Positions 32,496-42,696 of a DNA stretch of 64,000 bases are shown piece by piece. This DNA is from Candidatus Woesearchaeota archaeon (GTDB lineage Archaea; Nanobdellota; Nanobdellia; Woesearchaeales; JAAOYA01). Both the position numbers and the translations under genes were made by a program. Within the stretch, counting starts at the first letter, position 1. Every line of letters starts with the position of its first letter. Where the stretch lies: the NCBI GenBank assembly GCA_018221105.1, contig JAAOYA010000001.1:176812-240811 (forward strand), written 5' to 3'. The notes under the pieces are model-generated. The model was not told where the DNA came from and did no database searches. It saw only the letters and a list, made by a program, of their open reading frames with translations.

Positions 32496-32600
32496 TGGAC
32501 TCGGCGGGATTTGAACCCGCGGCCTCCGCCTATCATGTGACCGAAGGCTATAGCTTGCAGTCAGTGCAAGGGCGGCGCTCTCCCACTGAGCTACGAGCCC
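32496..32600 (-). tRNA. tRNA-Ala(TGC) in the rRNA spacer, with 37/38 intron (32532-32564)
   Basis: GGGCTCG/CGAGTCC acceptor with G3:U70, CCGCC/GGCGG stem, GCGGG-TTCAAAT-CCCGC. Confidence 0.92.
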
Positions 32601-32668
32601 GTAAGTGAAAAGAGTTGGGTATGGATAATGAACATTATGTAAAAAGTTTTTTTTCATTAAATGAAAAA

Positions 32669-34141
<1,473 letters not shown>

Positions 34142-34338
34142 TTGTTACTACGTTTATTATCCTTGTATAGTCATTCTTTCCGAATAAGAATTATTGTTTG
34201 TCACAAGAAATTCGTTCATTATCCTATTTCATACCCAACTGCTTATGATTAGGCATACACATGTAAAAAATTATTTTTTTTGGTGGTGATCGTAAGGTTA
34301 AAGTGTAAGTAGGAATTTTTTTTTGTTTATATACTTAT

Positions 34339-34440
34339 CTATCGTTTAGTGCGCTTTTTCTTCTCTTTGCGCATGCGTTTTTTTTGCCATTTCCAACGCA
34401 TCTGGCCTTTTTTCTTCCAACGTCGTGAACTTCGCTTCAT
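34339..34440 (-). CDS. rpl41e: Ribosomal protein eL41 (L41e)-like, 33 aa
   Basis: MKRSSRRWKKKGQMRWKWQKKRMRKEKKKRTKR*; WKKKG.MRWKW.KKR is the archaeal L41e signature. Confidence 0.85.
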   Translation of the reverse strand: MKRSSRRWKKKGQMRWKWQKKRMRKEKKKRTKR

Positions 34441-34488
34441 TTTAATAACTGTTTTAGGATTTTGCACCAATATATAAAGGTGCTGGTA

Positions 34489-34584
34489 TGCCCCCGCCGG
34501 GATTCGAACCCGAGTCCTTGCCTGTCTTTCGCGATTACTCGCGTCGAAAGGGCAAGATGATTGGCCGGACTACACCACAGGGGC
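34489..34584 (-). tRNA. tRNA-Glu(TTC) with 37/38 intron (34524-34544)
   Basis: GCCCCTG/CGGGGGC acceptor; perfect BHB (CTTT/AAAG; CGCGA-GTAA-TCGCG). Confidence 0.93.
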
Positions 34585-34596
34585 AAAATAATTTAA

Positions 34597-34716
34597 TGGG
34601 CCTGCCGAGATTTGAACTCGGGACCGCCGACTCTCTTAGAGCCAAGTGTCCGCAACTATCACTGCAAAGCACTGCCATATAAGACCGGTGCTCCAACCAG
34701 GCTAAGCTACAGGCCC
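34597..34716 (-). tRNA. tRNA-Ile(TAT) with 37/38 intron (34633-34677)
   Basis: GGGCCTG/CAGGCCC acceptor, A73, spliced loop CT-TAT-AA, BHB helix CTTA/TAAG. Confidence 0.85.
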
Positions 34717-34787
34717 GCGAGCCGATTGTTTGTCGACAATTTGAGGAGAAACCGTATATTTAAAAACGTTTCTAAAAAAAAGATGTA

Positions 34788-34879
34788 TGCGCTGACCGGG
34801 AATTGAACCCGGGCCACAGCCTCATTGCACGATTTGCATCGTTTGGCAAGGCCGTATTGTACCACTCAACCACCAGCGC
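34788..34879 (-). tRNA. tRNA-Gly(GCC) with 37/38 intron (34823-34843)
   Basis: GCGCTGG/TCAGCGC acceptor; perfect BHB (TTGC/GCAA; ACGAT-GCAA-ATCGT). Confidence 0.93.
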
Positions 34880-34917
34880 ATTATTTGAAAAAATATGTTA
34901 TTTATTTATAAGTTTAA

Positions 34918-35048
34918 TGGGCCCGCCCGGAATTTCGGAACTCTTACTGCTGTTCGAACTTTTGTAAAAGGTCGCTCGAACCGGGGATCAATGCCTTTCT
35001 TCCCGTTAGGATGTAAGGGCACTGTCATAGCCACTAGACCACGGGCCC
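34918..35048 (-). tRNA. tRNA-Val(TAC) with two introns (37/38 at 34997-35011; 59/60 at 34932-34974)
   Basis: GGGCCCG/CGGGCCC acceptor; GTGCC/GGCAT stem; CCCGG-TTCGAG|T-CCGGG after splicing. Confidence 0.9.
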
Positions 35049-35128
35049 GTAGTGTACTCAAAGAATTGTGTCTTTTTTATATAGTTTTCGAAAATAACTT
35101 TTTATAATAGTTATGTTTTTGTTCTTTG

Positions 35129-35608
35129 ATGTTTTATCCAAAAGATGAGCAAGAGCAAGAGGCTTTAAAATTTATTATGTTGGCTGCTGATGTTGCTAAG
35201 AGTTCTTTGTGTTTGCGCTCAAAGTGCGGTAGTGTTATTGTAAAAAACGGCGAGGTTATTGGGGAGGGTTTTAATGCTCCGCCAGGCAATAAGAAATTGA
35301 AGCGTTGTTTTAAAGATGATATTCCTAAGAATTTTAAGAGTGATCGTAATTGTTGTATTCATGCTGAAGAGCGCGCTATCATGCATGCACTAAAAACTAA
35401 TGGCGATAAAATTGTTGGTTCTAGATTGTATTTTATTCGCTTAGATAACAATGACACTATTTCGCGCGCAGGTAAACCTTTTTGCACTATTTGCTCTAAG
35501 ATGGCTTTGGACGCTGGCGTTAGCGAGTTTGTTTTGTATCATGATGATGGCGTTTGCGTATATGATACTGAAGAGTATAACAATTTATCGTTTGAGTACA
35601 GAGAATAA
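35129..35608 (+). CDS. dCMP/cytidine deaminase family protein
   Basis: HAEERA and PFCTIC zinc motif, GFNAPP. Confidence 0.88.
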   Translation: MFYPKDEQEQEALKFIMLAADVAKSSLCLRSKCGSVIVKNGEVIGEGFNAPPGNKKLKRCFKDDIPKNFKSDRNCCIHAEERAIMHALKTNGDKIVGSRLYFIRLDNNDTISRAGKPFCTICSKMALDAGVSEFVLYHDDGVCVYDTEEYNNLSFEYRE

Positions 35609-35611
35609 ACT

Positions 35612-36181
35612 TTATTTTTTCTTTTTTGTTGTTGGCTTGTCTAATACTTTTTTTGTTCCTAGCCATATTAATAGTGTTAGTTCTATTAATAGTATTAAGA
35701 ATCGTGTTATTTTTGAAAGGTCACTGAACGAGCGCATTGTACCATAAGCAATAGTCAACACTCCCCCGAATATGAATCCCGAGGCTATTGGCTCATAGGT
35801 TAGTGGCGCGTACATTCCAATAAGTAGTGCTATTGCGCCTATCACGGCTGTGATCCATAATAGGTTTCTATTGTATAGTTTATTTGCAGTATTATAATCT
35901 CTTTGGCAGTAATCGCATTCTTTGATTGTTTGACATCCGTCAGTGTCTGTGTTGTAGCGTATCATTCCTTCGTCATCATAGCAATTGTCAATAAATGTTT
36001 CATCAAGTTGTGGACAATTTGCTAAATCTTCACGATTCAGGCCTAATGGTTTTGCAGTTATGTCACGTTTGCAATAATCATTGTAGTCTGGTGATTCGTA
36101 GAATGCGTCTATTCCAAAACCTACTAGTAAAGCAAATAATATTGCCACTCCGAATGTTAGCGCGGTTTCTTTTAGTCCCAT
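35612..36181 (-). CDS. Membrane protein with Cys-rich extracellular loop
   Basis: One N-terminal and three C-terminal TM helices; six Cys in the loop. Confidence 0.75.
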   Translation of the reverse strand: MGLKETALTFGVAILFALLVGFGIDAFYESPDYNDYCKRDITAKPLGLNREDLANCPQLDETFIDNCYDDEGMIRYNTDTDGCQTIKECDYCQRDYNTANKLYNRNLLWITAVIGAIALLIGMYAPLTYEPIASGFIFGGVLTIAYGTMRSFSDLSKITRFLILLIELTLLIWLGTKKVLDKPTTKKKK

Positions 36182-36220
36182 AAAGCTTTTGTAGAAATTA
36201 TATTATAAAAAGTTATTTGT

Positions 36221-36538
36221 TTATATGAATTCTAAACGTTTTGTTCTAACACCACTTCTTTGAGTGTGTATTTTTTTACAAGTTGTGCATTCATAGCGAA
36301 AGTCTGTTCTTTTTGATTGTTTTTTGCCGCTCATCTTACGCTTTTGCACTGGAGGCCGTGATGTTTTTCCCTGGTTTCCTACGCCGCGTCGCTCGCCTCG
36401 AGCTCTCATTCTTGCTACACTGCCGCGAGTTAATGTGTTTGTCGCGTTCAAGCCTTTTCTTTTTGCAGCTGTTACTTTGTGCTCTGTATGCTTTTTGCAA
36501 TAAGGACATAATCGTCTTGTGGTCTTTGGGACTTTCAT
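36221..36538 (-). CDS. rpl44e: Ribosomal protein L44e (eL42)
   Basis: PK..R..CPYCKKHTEHKV...ECTTCKK. Confidence 0.92.
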   Translation of the reverse strand: MKVPKTTRRLCPYCKKHTEHKVTAAKRKGLNATNTLTRGSVARMRARGERRGVGNQGKTSRPPVQKRKMSGKKQSKRTDFRYECTTCKKIHTQRSGVRTKRLEFI

Positions 36539-36573
36539 AGAATTGGTGATTTGGCACTAATATATAAAACTAA

Positions 36574-37245
36574 TTATTTTTGTTCTACTGTTTCTGCGCG
36601 TTCTTTTGTGAGTAGTACGTTTGCCACGTCTCGTGGTAGGTTTGCCATGTCGTCTTCTTCGAATGGCCCGTAGTTTTCTAAGTCTTCGCCAACAAATTGT
36701 GGTACTGGTTGTAAAAATCTTACCATTATTGTTGTTAGCTGGCTTGTTTTTTCAACTTGTGGTTCTTGTATCATTGTAGATGTTGGCTCGGGGGTTGTTT
36801 GCTCAACTTGTGTTACTGGTTGCGTTGTTGAAGTGTTAACATTGTTGAGTGTTTGCTCTAATTGTGTTCTGTTTGATTCTAGTAATCGTACCATGTCAGC
36901 GTATAATGTTTTTTCATGTTCTAATAGTGCTGTTGTGTTGACAATGTTTGATTGTGTTTTTGCTTTGTTGAGTGCTAGTATCATTATTTTTCTTTCTCTG
37001 CGATCGTATAGTTCTGATAGTATTTTGTTTGTGTTTGTTAATTGTTTTAGTGTGTTGTCTGTGTCGTCTTTTGAGAATAATGTGTTTTGTTCTTGGTTTT
37101 TTGTTGCAACGTTTTTTTTTGTTTGTAAATAGTTTTTGACGTCTTCTAAGAATGTTTTTGTTAGTGTTTGTAATTCTTCACGGTTTTTTTCACGTCGTAG
37201 TATTTCGAATAGTGTTTCGTATGTTATGTTTACTTCGCCTTGCAT
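36574..37245 (-). CDS. GINS replication protein (Gins51-like)
   Basis: ELYDRRERKI A-domain; VRFL..VPQFVG.D...YGPF..DD.ANLP B-domain; adjacent to L44e. Confidence 0.85.
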   Translation of the reverse strand: MQGEVNITYETLFEILRREKNREELQTLTKTFLEDVKNYLQTKKNVATKNQEQNTLFSKDDTDNTLKQLTNTNKILSELYDRRERKIMILALNKAKTQSNIVNTTALLEHEKTLYADMVRLLESNRTQLEQTLNNVNTSTTQPVTQVEQTTPEPTSTMIQEPQVEKTSQLTTIMVRFLQPVPQFVGEDLENYGPFEEDDMANLPRDVANVLLTKERAETVEQK

Positions 37246-37340
37246 AAATGGCAGACTTTTTTTGTTTTTTATAAGATTTGTCGTACTATAGAATTAGTGT
37301 TTTAAAAAAAGAAAAAAAAAGAAAAAATAAGGCTGTAGCC

Positions 37341-39476
37341 TTATTCTGACGGTGCGCTTACGCTGATGTCGCTTAAGCTTGTACCTGTTACAACAACTTC
37401 GTCACCTGATAAGCTGTACTTGTCGTAGTCTGCTACAACTCGTGTTGCTCTTCTGGTGTCGCTTGCTGTCCAACCAGCTACTAGCATTGCTACGTTTCCG
37501 TTGCTTTGCTCAAATAGCTTAACTGTTGCTGTGTTTGCGCTTAGTCCGCTTGCTTCACCGCATAGTGGTGAGCTTGAGCCCATTAAGCGTTGTGCGGCTG
37601 TGTTTATGCACGGTCCGCCTACAACAATTAGGTTTTGTGCTGTGACATCACTGATTTCACTGTCTAGCTTTGCTGCGCCAACATTTATTTTTACTGGTGC
37701 GTCAATTGATCCGCCAGCTGAGCTTGCGACTGCTGCTCCTGCACCGTAAACAACTACGTTTGCTTTGAAGTCTGCGGTGTCCCCGTTTACTTCAAATTCA
37801 AACTTGTCGTTTGATGCTGAGCCGTCATAGTCAAACACAACAAGACCTGCGCTTGTTAGCGTGTCTTCTTCCCAACCGCTGATGTCTTTATTGACTGCGC
37901 CGCCAGTGTATACAACGTCGCTTGCTGTTACTGTGTCACCATCGCTGTGGCCTAAGTATATGAAATCACTGCTTGATGTTTCAATGTATATACTTAGCTC
38001 TGAACCGAGTGTCAGATTACCTGATCCGCTTGCCCATCCTTGAAGTCCAATAGCCAAAGCTGTGTCTTGGAAGTCAATTGTTGCAAGTGTACCGCTTGAA
38101 GCGTTTACAATTGCACCTTGGGTTAACTTGTTACCGTTGCTTGAGTCTTCCCAATATACTCCAATGTTACCGCTTGACTCTTCGTACAATGCAACCAGAT
38201 CGGTGTCGTCTGCTGCTCCAGCTCCTGCTGCGAATCCGTTGTCTTCGCCGCCTGCTGCTTCGATGGTTAGCACTTTAGCACTTGTTTGTAGTGTTGTGCT
38301 GCCGTCAGCTGCGTATAGTTCATCAGTTGTTGTATCAATGGTGAACTTTTTGTAGTCGTTTTCTGTAAGGCTGTCTAGGCATACTTTTGCGAATCCTTCT
38401 GGGAATTCGTAGCAGCCGCCGACTGTTACAGGGTTGTCGTCAGGGTCATCAATGTACTGGTCGAATTCAACACCTAATATTGGGGCTGATGTATTAATTC
38501 CACTTAATACCCATACCCAATCAGGGTCGTCTTCATCTTGGCCGATGTATTCGTCGCTGTCTTGGTATGTTTTTGTGGCTTCTGTACCAATAATTAGTGT
38601 TGCTGACCTGTCTTCTTTGTTATCTTCATAGAAGAAGTCATCGATGTCTATTTCAATACCGTTTACGTCTTCTTTGTTGCTGACTGTTTCAACAACTCCG
38701 TCAACGTCTACAACTATGTTTCCGCCTGTTCCAACGTTTAGTAAGGTTACTTCTTTGCCGTTGACTGTTACTGCGTCGCCAACGCCCATGAAGAATTCTT
38801 GACCTACACGTGCTGTAATACCTGTGCCTGTTGCACTGGTAATTTTTAGCTTTCGTCCCATAAACTCAATTTCTACTGGGTCGGTGGTTGATGCGTCACT
38901 TAAGTAGTTGCCGGTTTCTAGTGCGTCATCGAATACGTAGTAGTAGCTTAGTCCGCCTGCTGTTAATGGCATGAATACTCCACTACCGAAGTCTTCGTCT
39001 TGGTTGCTGTAGGTTAGTCCTGTTTCGACTGAAACACCGTTTGTAAAACGTAGTTCGTCGTGGACGTCATACTCGTTGTCAACATCTCCGATGTCAATTG
39101 TTATTCTGCTCTCTTGTAGAGCTGCGACATCATCGTCGTCTAGCGAGTTTCCGAATGCTGCTGTTGCATTTAGTGCGTCTCCAAGAGTGACTTCTTCAGT
39201 CTTTCCCCCTGTTACACTAACTGCTGCGGCTCCGCCTACTGCAATTGGTTGTTTTGTTTCGAATTGTAGGCTTGTTGCAATATCGATTGCTCCTACAATA
39301 TCTTCGGCTGCTGCACTGTTGCCTACTACTAGTAGTGCGTCGAAGTTTCCGTCTGCCACAAATGGCGCTGGGTAATTGGCTAGATCTGCTGCCATTGCTC
39401 CCATTACAGTTGCTCCTAACATACTAACAGCGCTTACGACTGTTGCAATGCCTTTTGCTATTTTTTTTAGTTGCAT
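37341..39476 (-). CDS. S-layer protein
   Basis: Signal peptide, DLANYPAPFV...VVG..AA.ED N-domain, KLDSEI...NLIVVGGPCIN...VAGW.A.DT C-domain, acidic; GGAGGTG SD before ATG 39476. Confidence 0.92.
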   Translation of the reverse strand: MQLKKIAKGIATVVSAVSMLGATVMGAMAADLANYPAPFVADGNFDALLVVGNSAAAEDIVGAIDIATSLQFETKQPIAVGGAAAVSVTGGKTEEVTLGDALNATAAFGNSLDDDDVAALQESRITIDIGDVDNEYDVHDELRFTNGVSVETGLTYSNQDEDFGSGVFMPLTAGGLSYYYVFDDALETGNYLSDASTTDPVEIEFMGRKLKITSATGTGITARVGQEFFMGVGDAVTVNGKEVTLLNVGTGGNIVVDVDGVVETVSNKEDVNGIEIDIDDFFYEDNKEDRSATLIIGTEATKTYQDSDEYIGQDEDDPDWVWVLSGINTSAPILGVEFDQYIDDPDDNPVTVGGCYEFPEGFAKVCLDSLTENDYKKFTIDTTTDELYAADGSTTLQTSAKVLTIEAAGGEDNGFAAGAGAADDTDLVALYEESSGNIGVYWEDSSNGNKLTQGAIVNASSGTLATIDFQDTALAIGLQGWASGSGNLTLGSELSIYIETSSSDFIYLGHSDGDTVTASDVVYTGGAVNKDISGWEEDTLTSAGLVVFDYDGSASNDKFEFEVNGDTADFKANVVVYGAGAAVASSAGGSIDAPVKINVGAAKLDSEISDVTAQNLIVVGGPCINTAAQRLMGSSSPLCGEASGLSANTATVKLFEQSNGNVAMLVAGWTASDTRRATRVVADYDKYSLSGDEVVVTGTSLSDISVSAPSE

Positions 39477-39951
39477 ATTTGCTAACACCTCCGTGTTATA
39501 CGCCAATTATTACTTTTTGTAATAATTGTTGTCCCACTGTTCTCTTGCTGTCGGTAGTCATTGCTGTTAAACACCTGTTAGATGGTGTTTCGTCGTCGCG
39601 GTAATCAGTAGTGTTTGCTAGTAATTGAAAAGTATGAGGTTTTGTTTATAAACATTTCGCAAAATTGTGTTTTTTTGCAGTGTTGGTGTACTGCTTTGGG
39701 CTTGTACTGCTTGAATTCGAGCTTTTTGTTCTTTCATCACTTTTTAGGTACAACGTATTTTTTTGTTTTTTTAGTATTTTTTATCGTCGATGGCTTTTTT
39801 CTCGTTTTTGTTTCATTTATAAAGGATTGACCATGTCTAATGTTCTTTTTTGTATACTGAAAGCGTTTTATCATCAATCGTTGAGTCTGGTTATTGACGC
39901 TAAAACAGCACATCGACCATTTTTTGGAACCCTTCCTTCTGTCAGTATAAG

Positions 39952-40098
39952 TGCGGGGGTAGGGATTCGAACCCCAGTAGGCACTAAGCCACTAGGTTTC
40001 CTCGACTCGAGGTCGCCTAAGCCTAGCCCGTTTGACCGCTCCGGACACACCACGTTGTGTTGGAGTACGAACGTTTGTGAGTTCTCCGGCACCCCCGC
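39952..40098 (-). tRNA. tRNA-Leu(TAG) with two introns (15/16 at 40039-40083; 37/38 at 39998-40015)
   Basis: GCGGGGG/CCCCCGC acceptor; CTAGG/CCTAG stem; removing the 45-nt insert restores the CCG-GAGCGGTCAAA-CGG D-arm. Confidence 0.88.
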
Positions 40099-40183
40099 AT
40101 AAATCACTTATTTTGGTGTTTACAATATTATATATAATTATCTATAGATAATATGTGGTTAGTAGAATGTGTTGGTGGAAATT

Positions 40184-40348
40184 TTATTTTTTTGCCCATG
40201 AGTAAGTGCGTAGTTTTGCGGCTTTGCCATAATTGCAGCTTGAACAGACTTTTTTTATCTTATGATAACTAGCATTGCCGCATCGCCTGCAGCGAATGTG
40301 TATCCTTCCTTTATTGTGTTTTCCTTTAGAAGCTGTTCCTTTGCTCAT
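40184..40348 (-). CDS. rpl37e: Ribosomal protein L37e
   Basis: [39 protein letters not shown] (read by hand; not in ORF track). Confidence 0.95.
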   Translation of the reverse strand: MSKGTASKGKHNKGRIHIRCRRCGNASYHKIKKVCSSCNYGKAAKLRTYSWAKK

Positions 40349-40349
40349 T

Positions 40350-40580
40350 TTAGTTTGCTGGAGAAATTGTTACTATTGTGTCTCCTCTGATAAATACTGT
40401 TCCTAGCTTTCTTGTTAGTTCGCCGCCAACGCGCTCTTCTGATTCTTCTAGCACTACGTTGATGTGGATGTCGAAAGCTTTTAGTTTTCCAATTACTTGT
40501 TTTTGATTTTTTAAATCTACTAGGACTCTTTTGCCCCTGCTACTGTTCAATGCGTCTAACGGTCTTGATGTTGTTTCCAT
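40350..40580 (-). CDS. Sm-like archaeal protein (SmAP/Lsm)
   Basis: [20 protein letters not shown] and IRGD motifs; upstream of L37e. Confidence 0.95.
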   Translation of the reverse strand: METTSRPLDALNSSRGKRVLVDLKNQKQVIGKLKAFDIHINVVLEESEERVGGELTRKLGTVFIRGDTIVTISPAN

Positions 40581-40651
40581 GTGTTTTCACCTCAAATAAA
40601 TTAAAATAGGTTTTTTGTTGATGATTTTGTGTATATATTAAAAGGTTTCTA

Positions 40652-41380
40652 TTATGATTGTGGAGATTCTTCTTTTTTCTCTTCTTTTTCAACAGGTAAT
40701 AATTCATTGATTAATTGTGTTGGTATTTCTGCTTCTTCTAATGCTTTAACTTTGTCTTTGCGATCTTTATTTTCCATTTTTGAAAGTATTGTTTTGGCTG
40801 TTGTTTCAAACTCTTGACGTCTGGCTTCCATTTCTTCTTGTAGTTTTTTCTGTTCTTCTTCTTGTTGTTGTTTTTCTTCTTCGGTCAGCTCTGTTTTTCC
40901 AGACAGTATTTTTTGATCGTATGTTCCTGCTTGCAGGTCTGCTATTGTTTCGCTTGCTGGTTTGCCTTCGATCATGACTCCCATTGACTGGCATGTGCCT
41001 GCGATTTCTTTAACTCTTTGTATTGGATCTTTTCCTAAAAGAGAATCTTCTTTCATTTTTGCAACTTTGACTAATTGTTCAATCTTGAGGTCTGCTACCA
41101 AGTCTGTTTTCGGGCTTCCACTGCCTTTTTTTATTCCTGCTTCTTTAATGATTAATTGTGATGCTGGAGGAGTTCCAATACTTATTGTGTAAGCTTTTGT
41201 GTCTGTGTCAACTTCTACTTTTACTGGAACTTGCATTCCTTTGAAATCTTGAGTTTTAGAATTTATATCTGCGACTACTTGTCCAATATTAACACCTAAT
41301 GGTCCCATCGCAGGTCCCAGTGGTGGTGCCGCTGTTGCTTTGCCACCTTCAATTAATACTTCTACTGTTTGCTTTGCCAT
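40652..41380 (-). CDS. rpl11: Ribosomal protein L11 with long charged C-terminal extension
   Basis: GGKATAAPPLGPA.GPLGVN...GTCQSMGV followed by about 80 aa of E/K/Q-rich tail. Confidence 0.95.
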   Translation of the reverse strand: MAKQTVEVLIEGGKATAAPPLGPAMGPLGVNIGQVVADINSKTQDFKGMQVPVKVEVDTDTKAYTISIGTPPASQLIIKEAGIKKGSGSPKTDLVADLKIEQLVKVAKMKEDSLLGKDPIQRVKEIAGTCQSMGVMIEGKPASETIADLQAGTYDQKILSGKTELTEEEKQQQEEEQKKLQEEMEARRQEFETTAKTILSKMENKDRKDKVKALEEAEIPTQLINELLPVEKEEKKEESPQS

Positions 41381-41466
41381 AATCTTGTGAGAGAATTATG
41401 GGATATTTAAAAAGGTGTCGGTTAAACAGGAAAGGTTTTTTATATAACTTGATATGAAAAAACCGA

Positions 41467-41973
41467 ATGACTTCAAAAAATGAACCTGATTGTTTTGATG
41501 CTTTAAGAGAGAAGATTGTTGAAGAGGGCCTATCAACCTATCCTCGTTTTTATGATAAAACTCTTAAGACTATAATTGAAGAGTCAAAAAAGGCCGATTT
41601 AACAACCACTAGTTTTTGGCTTGCAGTTCCAAAAGCAGAAGAAGCTTATCAACGCTTAACAGAAATAGCGCTTACAAGACTATTAATGGCAACTCCTTTT
41701 GAAAATGTTCAAATAGAATCTCATACTGACGAGTGGGATAATAGGGATGCTACTTATACTGGCACAGAAGGAAATGAACAAATCAGCATTACTGTATCCT
41801 ACGGCTCATGTCCTAATCATGATGGTATTCAACCTGTTAGTGTTGCAGTAACCAAACCCTCAAACACTCCATCATTACTTCCAGGAATTATTAATAGAGA
41901 GTTTGAACTTTTAGAAAAAGAAGTTCAAGAACATTTTAAAAGGATGGATGATTATATATCTCAAAAAGATTAA
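41467..41973 (+). CDS. Hypothetical protein
   Basis: 168-aa ORF with upstream TTTTATATA box. Confidence 0.6.
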   Translation: MTSKNEPDCFDALREKIVEEGLSTYPRFYDKTLKTIIEESKKADLTTTSFWLAVPKAEEAYQRLTEIALTRLLMATPFENVQIESHTDEWDNRDATYTGTEGNEQISITVSYGSCPNHDGIQPVSVAVTKPSNTPSLLPGIINREFELLEKEVQEHFKRMDDYISQKD

Positions 41974-41996
41974 AAGTTCATAGCATATATAAAGAA

Positions 41997-42512
41997 CTAG
42001 TCTTCTTCTTCGTCATCAGTGTCGCGCCTTATGACTTTTATGGCATCAATTTTTAGTGTTATTGGTATTGGTACTGCTGCTTCTAATAATTCTACTACTA
42101 CTTCGTTTTTTGTTTTGTCAACGCGTGTGATTTTTGCTTTTTCGCGTTTGAATGGTCCGCTGATGATTTCTGCAATATCATTTTTTTGCATGTTGACTTC
42201 CATTTTTGATTGTTCTAGCATGTGTTCTATTTCTGTGTAATCTACTGGTTTTGGCAGTATTCCCCTGGCGTATGGTACTCCGAAGGCTGCTTGTTCTGCT
42301 TCTGCTTTGCCTGCTGCTTCGACAAAAATGTATCCTCTCATGCCGTGAGGGTTTATTATGGAGTATACTTCTAGTTTTTTCTTTGTCACGTTGCTTGTGA
42401 CAAATTCCATTACTTGTTCTTCACGATTGGCTGTTGTTCGCAAAGCGTAAAGTACTGAAGTGTTTTCTTCACTTTTTTCTGTTTGTTCTGTTTCTTGTTG
42501 TGCTTCTGTCAT
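41997..42512 (-). CDS. spt5: Transcription elongation factor Spt5/NusG
   Basis: GYIFVEA NGN domain; EIISGPFKREKAKI KOW. Confidence 0.95.
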   Translation of the reverse strand: MTEAQQETEQTEKSEENTSVLYALRTTANREEQVMEFVTSNVTKKKLEVYSIINPHGMRGYIFVEAAGKAEAEQAAFGVPYARGILPKPVDYTEIEHMLEQSKMEVNMQKNDIAEIISGPFKREKAKITRVDKTKNEVVVELLEAAVPIPITLKIDAIKVIRRDTDDEEED

Positions 42513-42516
42513 TTTA

Positions 42517-42696
42517 TTATATGAATACTAGTTTTAGTAATTGTATCAGAAAACCTATCAGTCCTATTGCTAGCATCCCAAGGGCTGATACTTTAACAAT
42601 TGTTTTAAACTCGCTGCCGCTTGGTTTCTTGGTGACTTTTAATACTCTGAGGCTTTCTTTTGTAAAGTTTATGAATCGTTGTTTATAGTGTTTCAT
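42517..42696 (-). CDS. secE: Protein translocase SecE/Sec61-gamma
   Basis: RVLKVTKKPSGSEFKTIVKVSALGMLAIGLIGFLI (read by hand); between ftsZ and spt5. Confidence 0.93.
   Translation of the reverse strand: MKHYKQRFINFTKESLRVLKVTKKPSGSEFKTIVKVSALGMLAIGLIGFLIQLLKLVFI

Noticed and set aside
39700..39950. Possible small ORF or ncRNA between tRNA-Leu(TAG) and the S-layer promoter
   Set aside because: Only a short low-complexity K-rich frame; no recognisable motif or convincing structure
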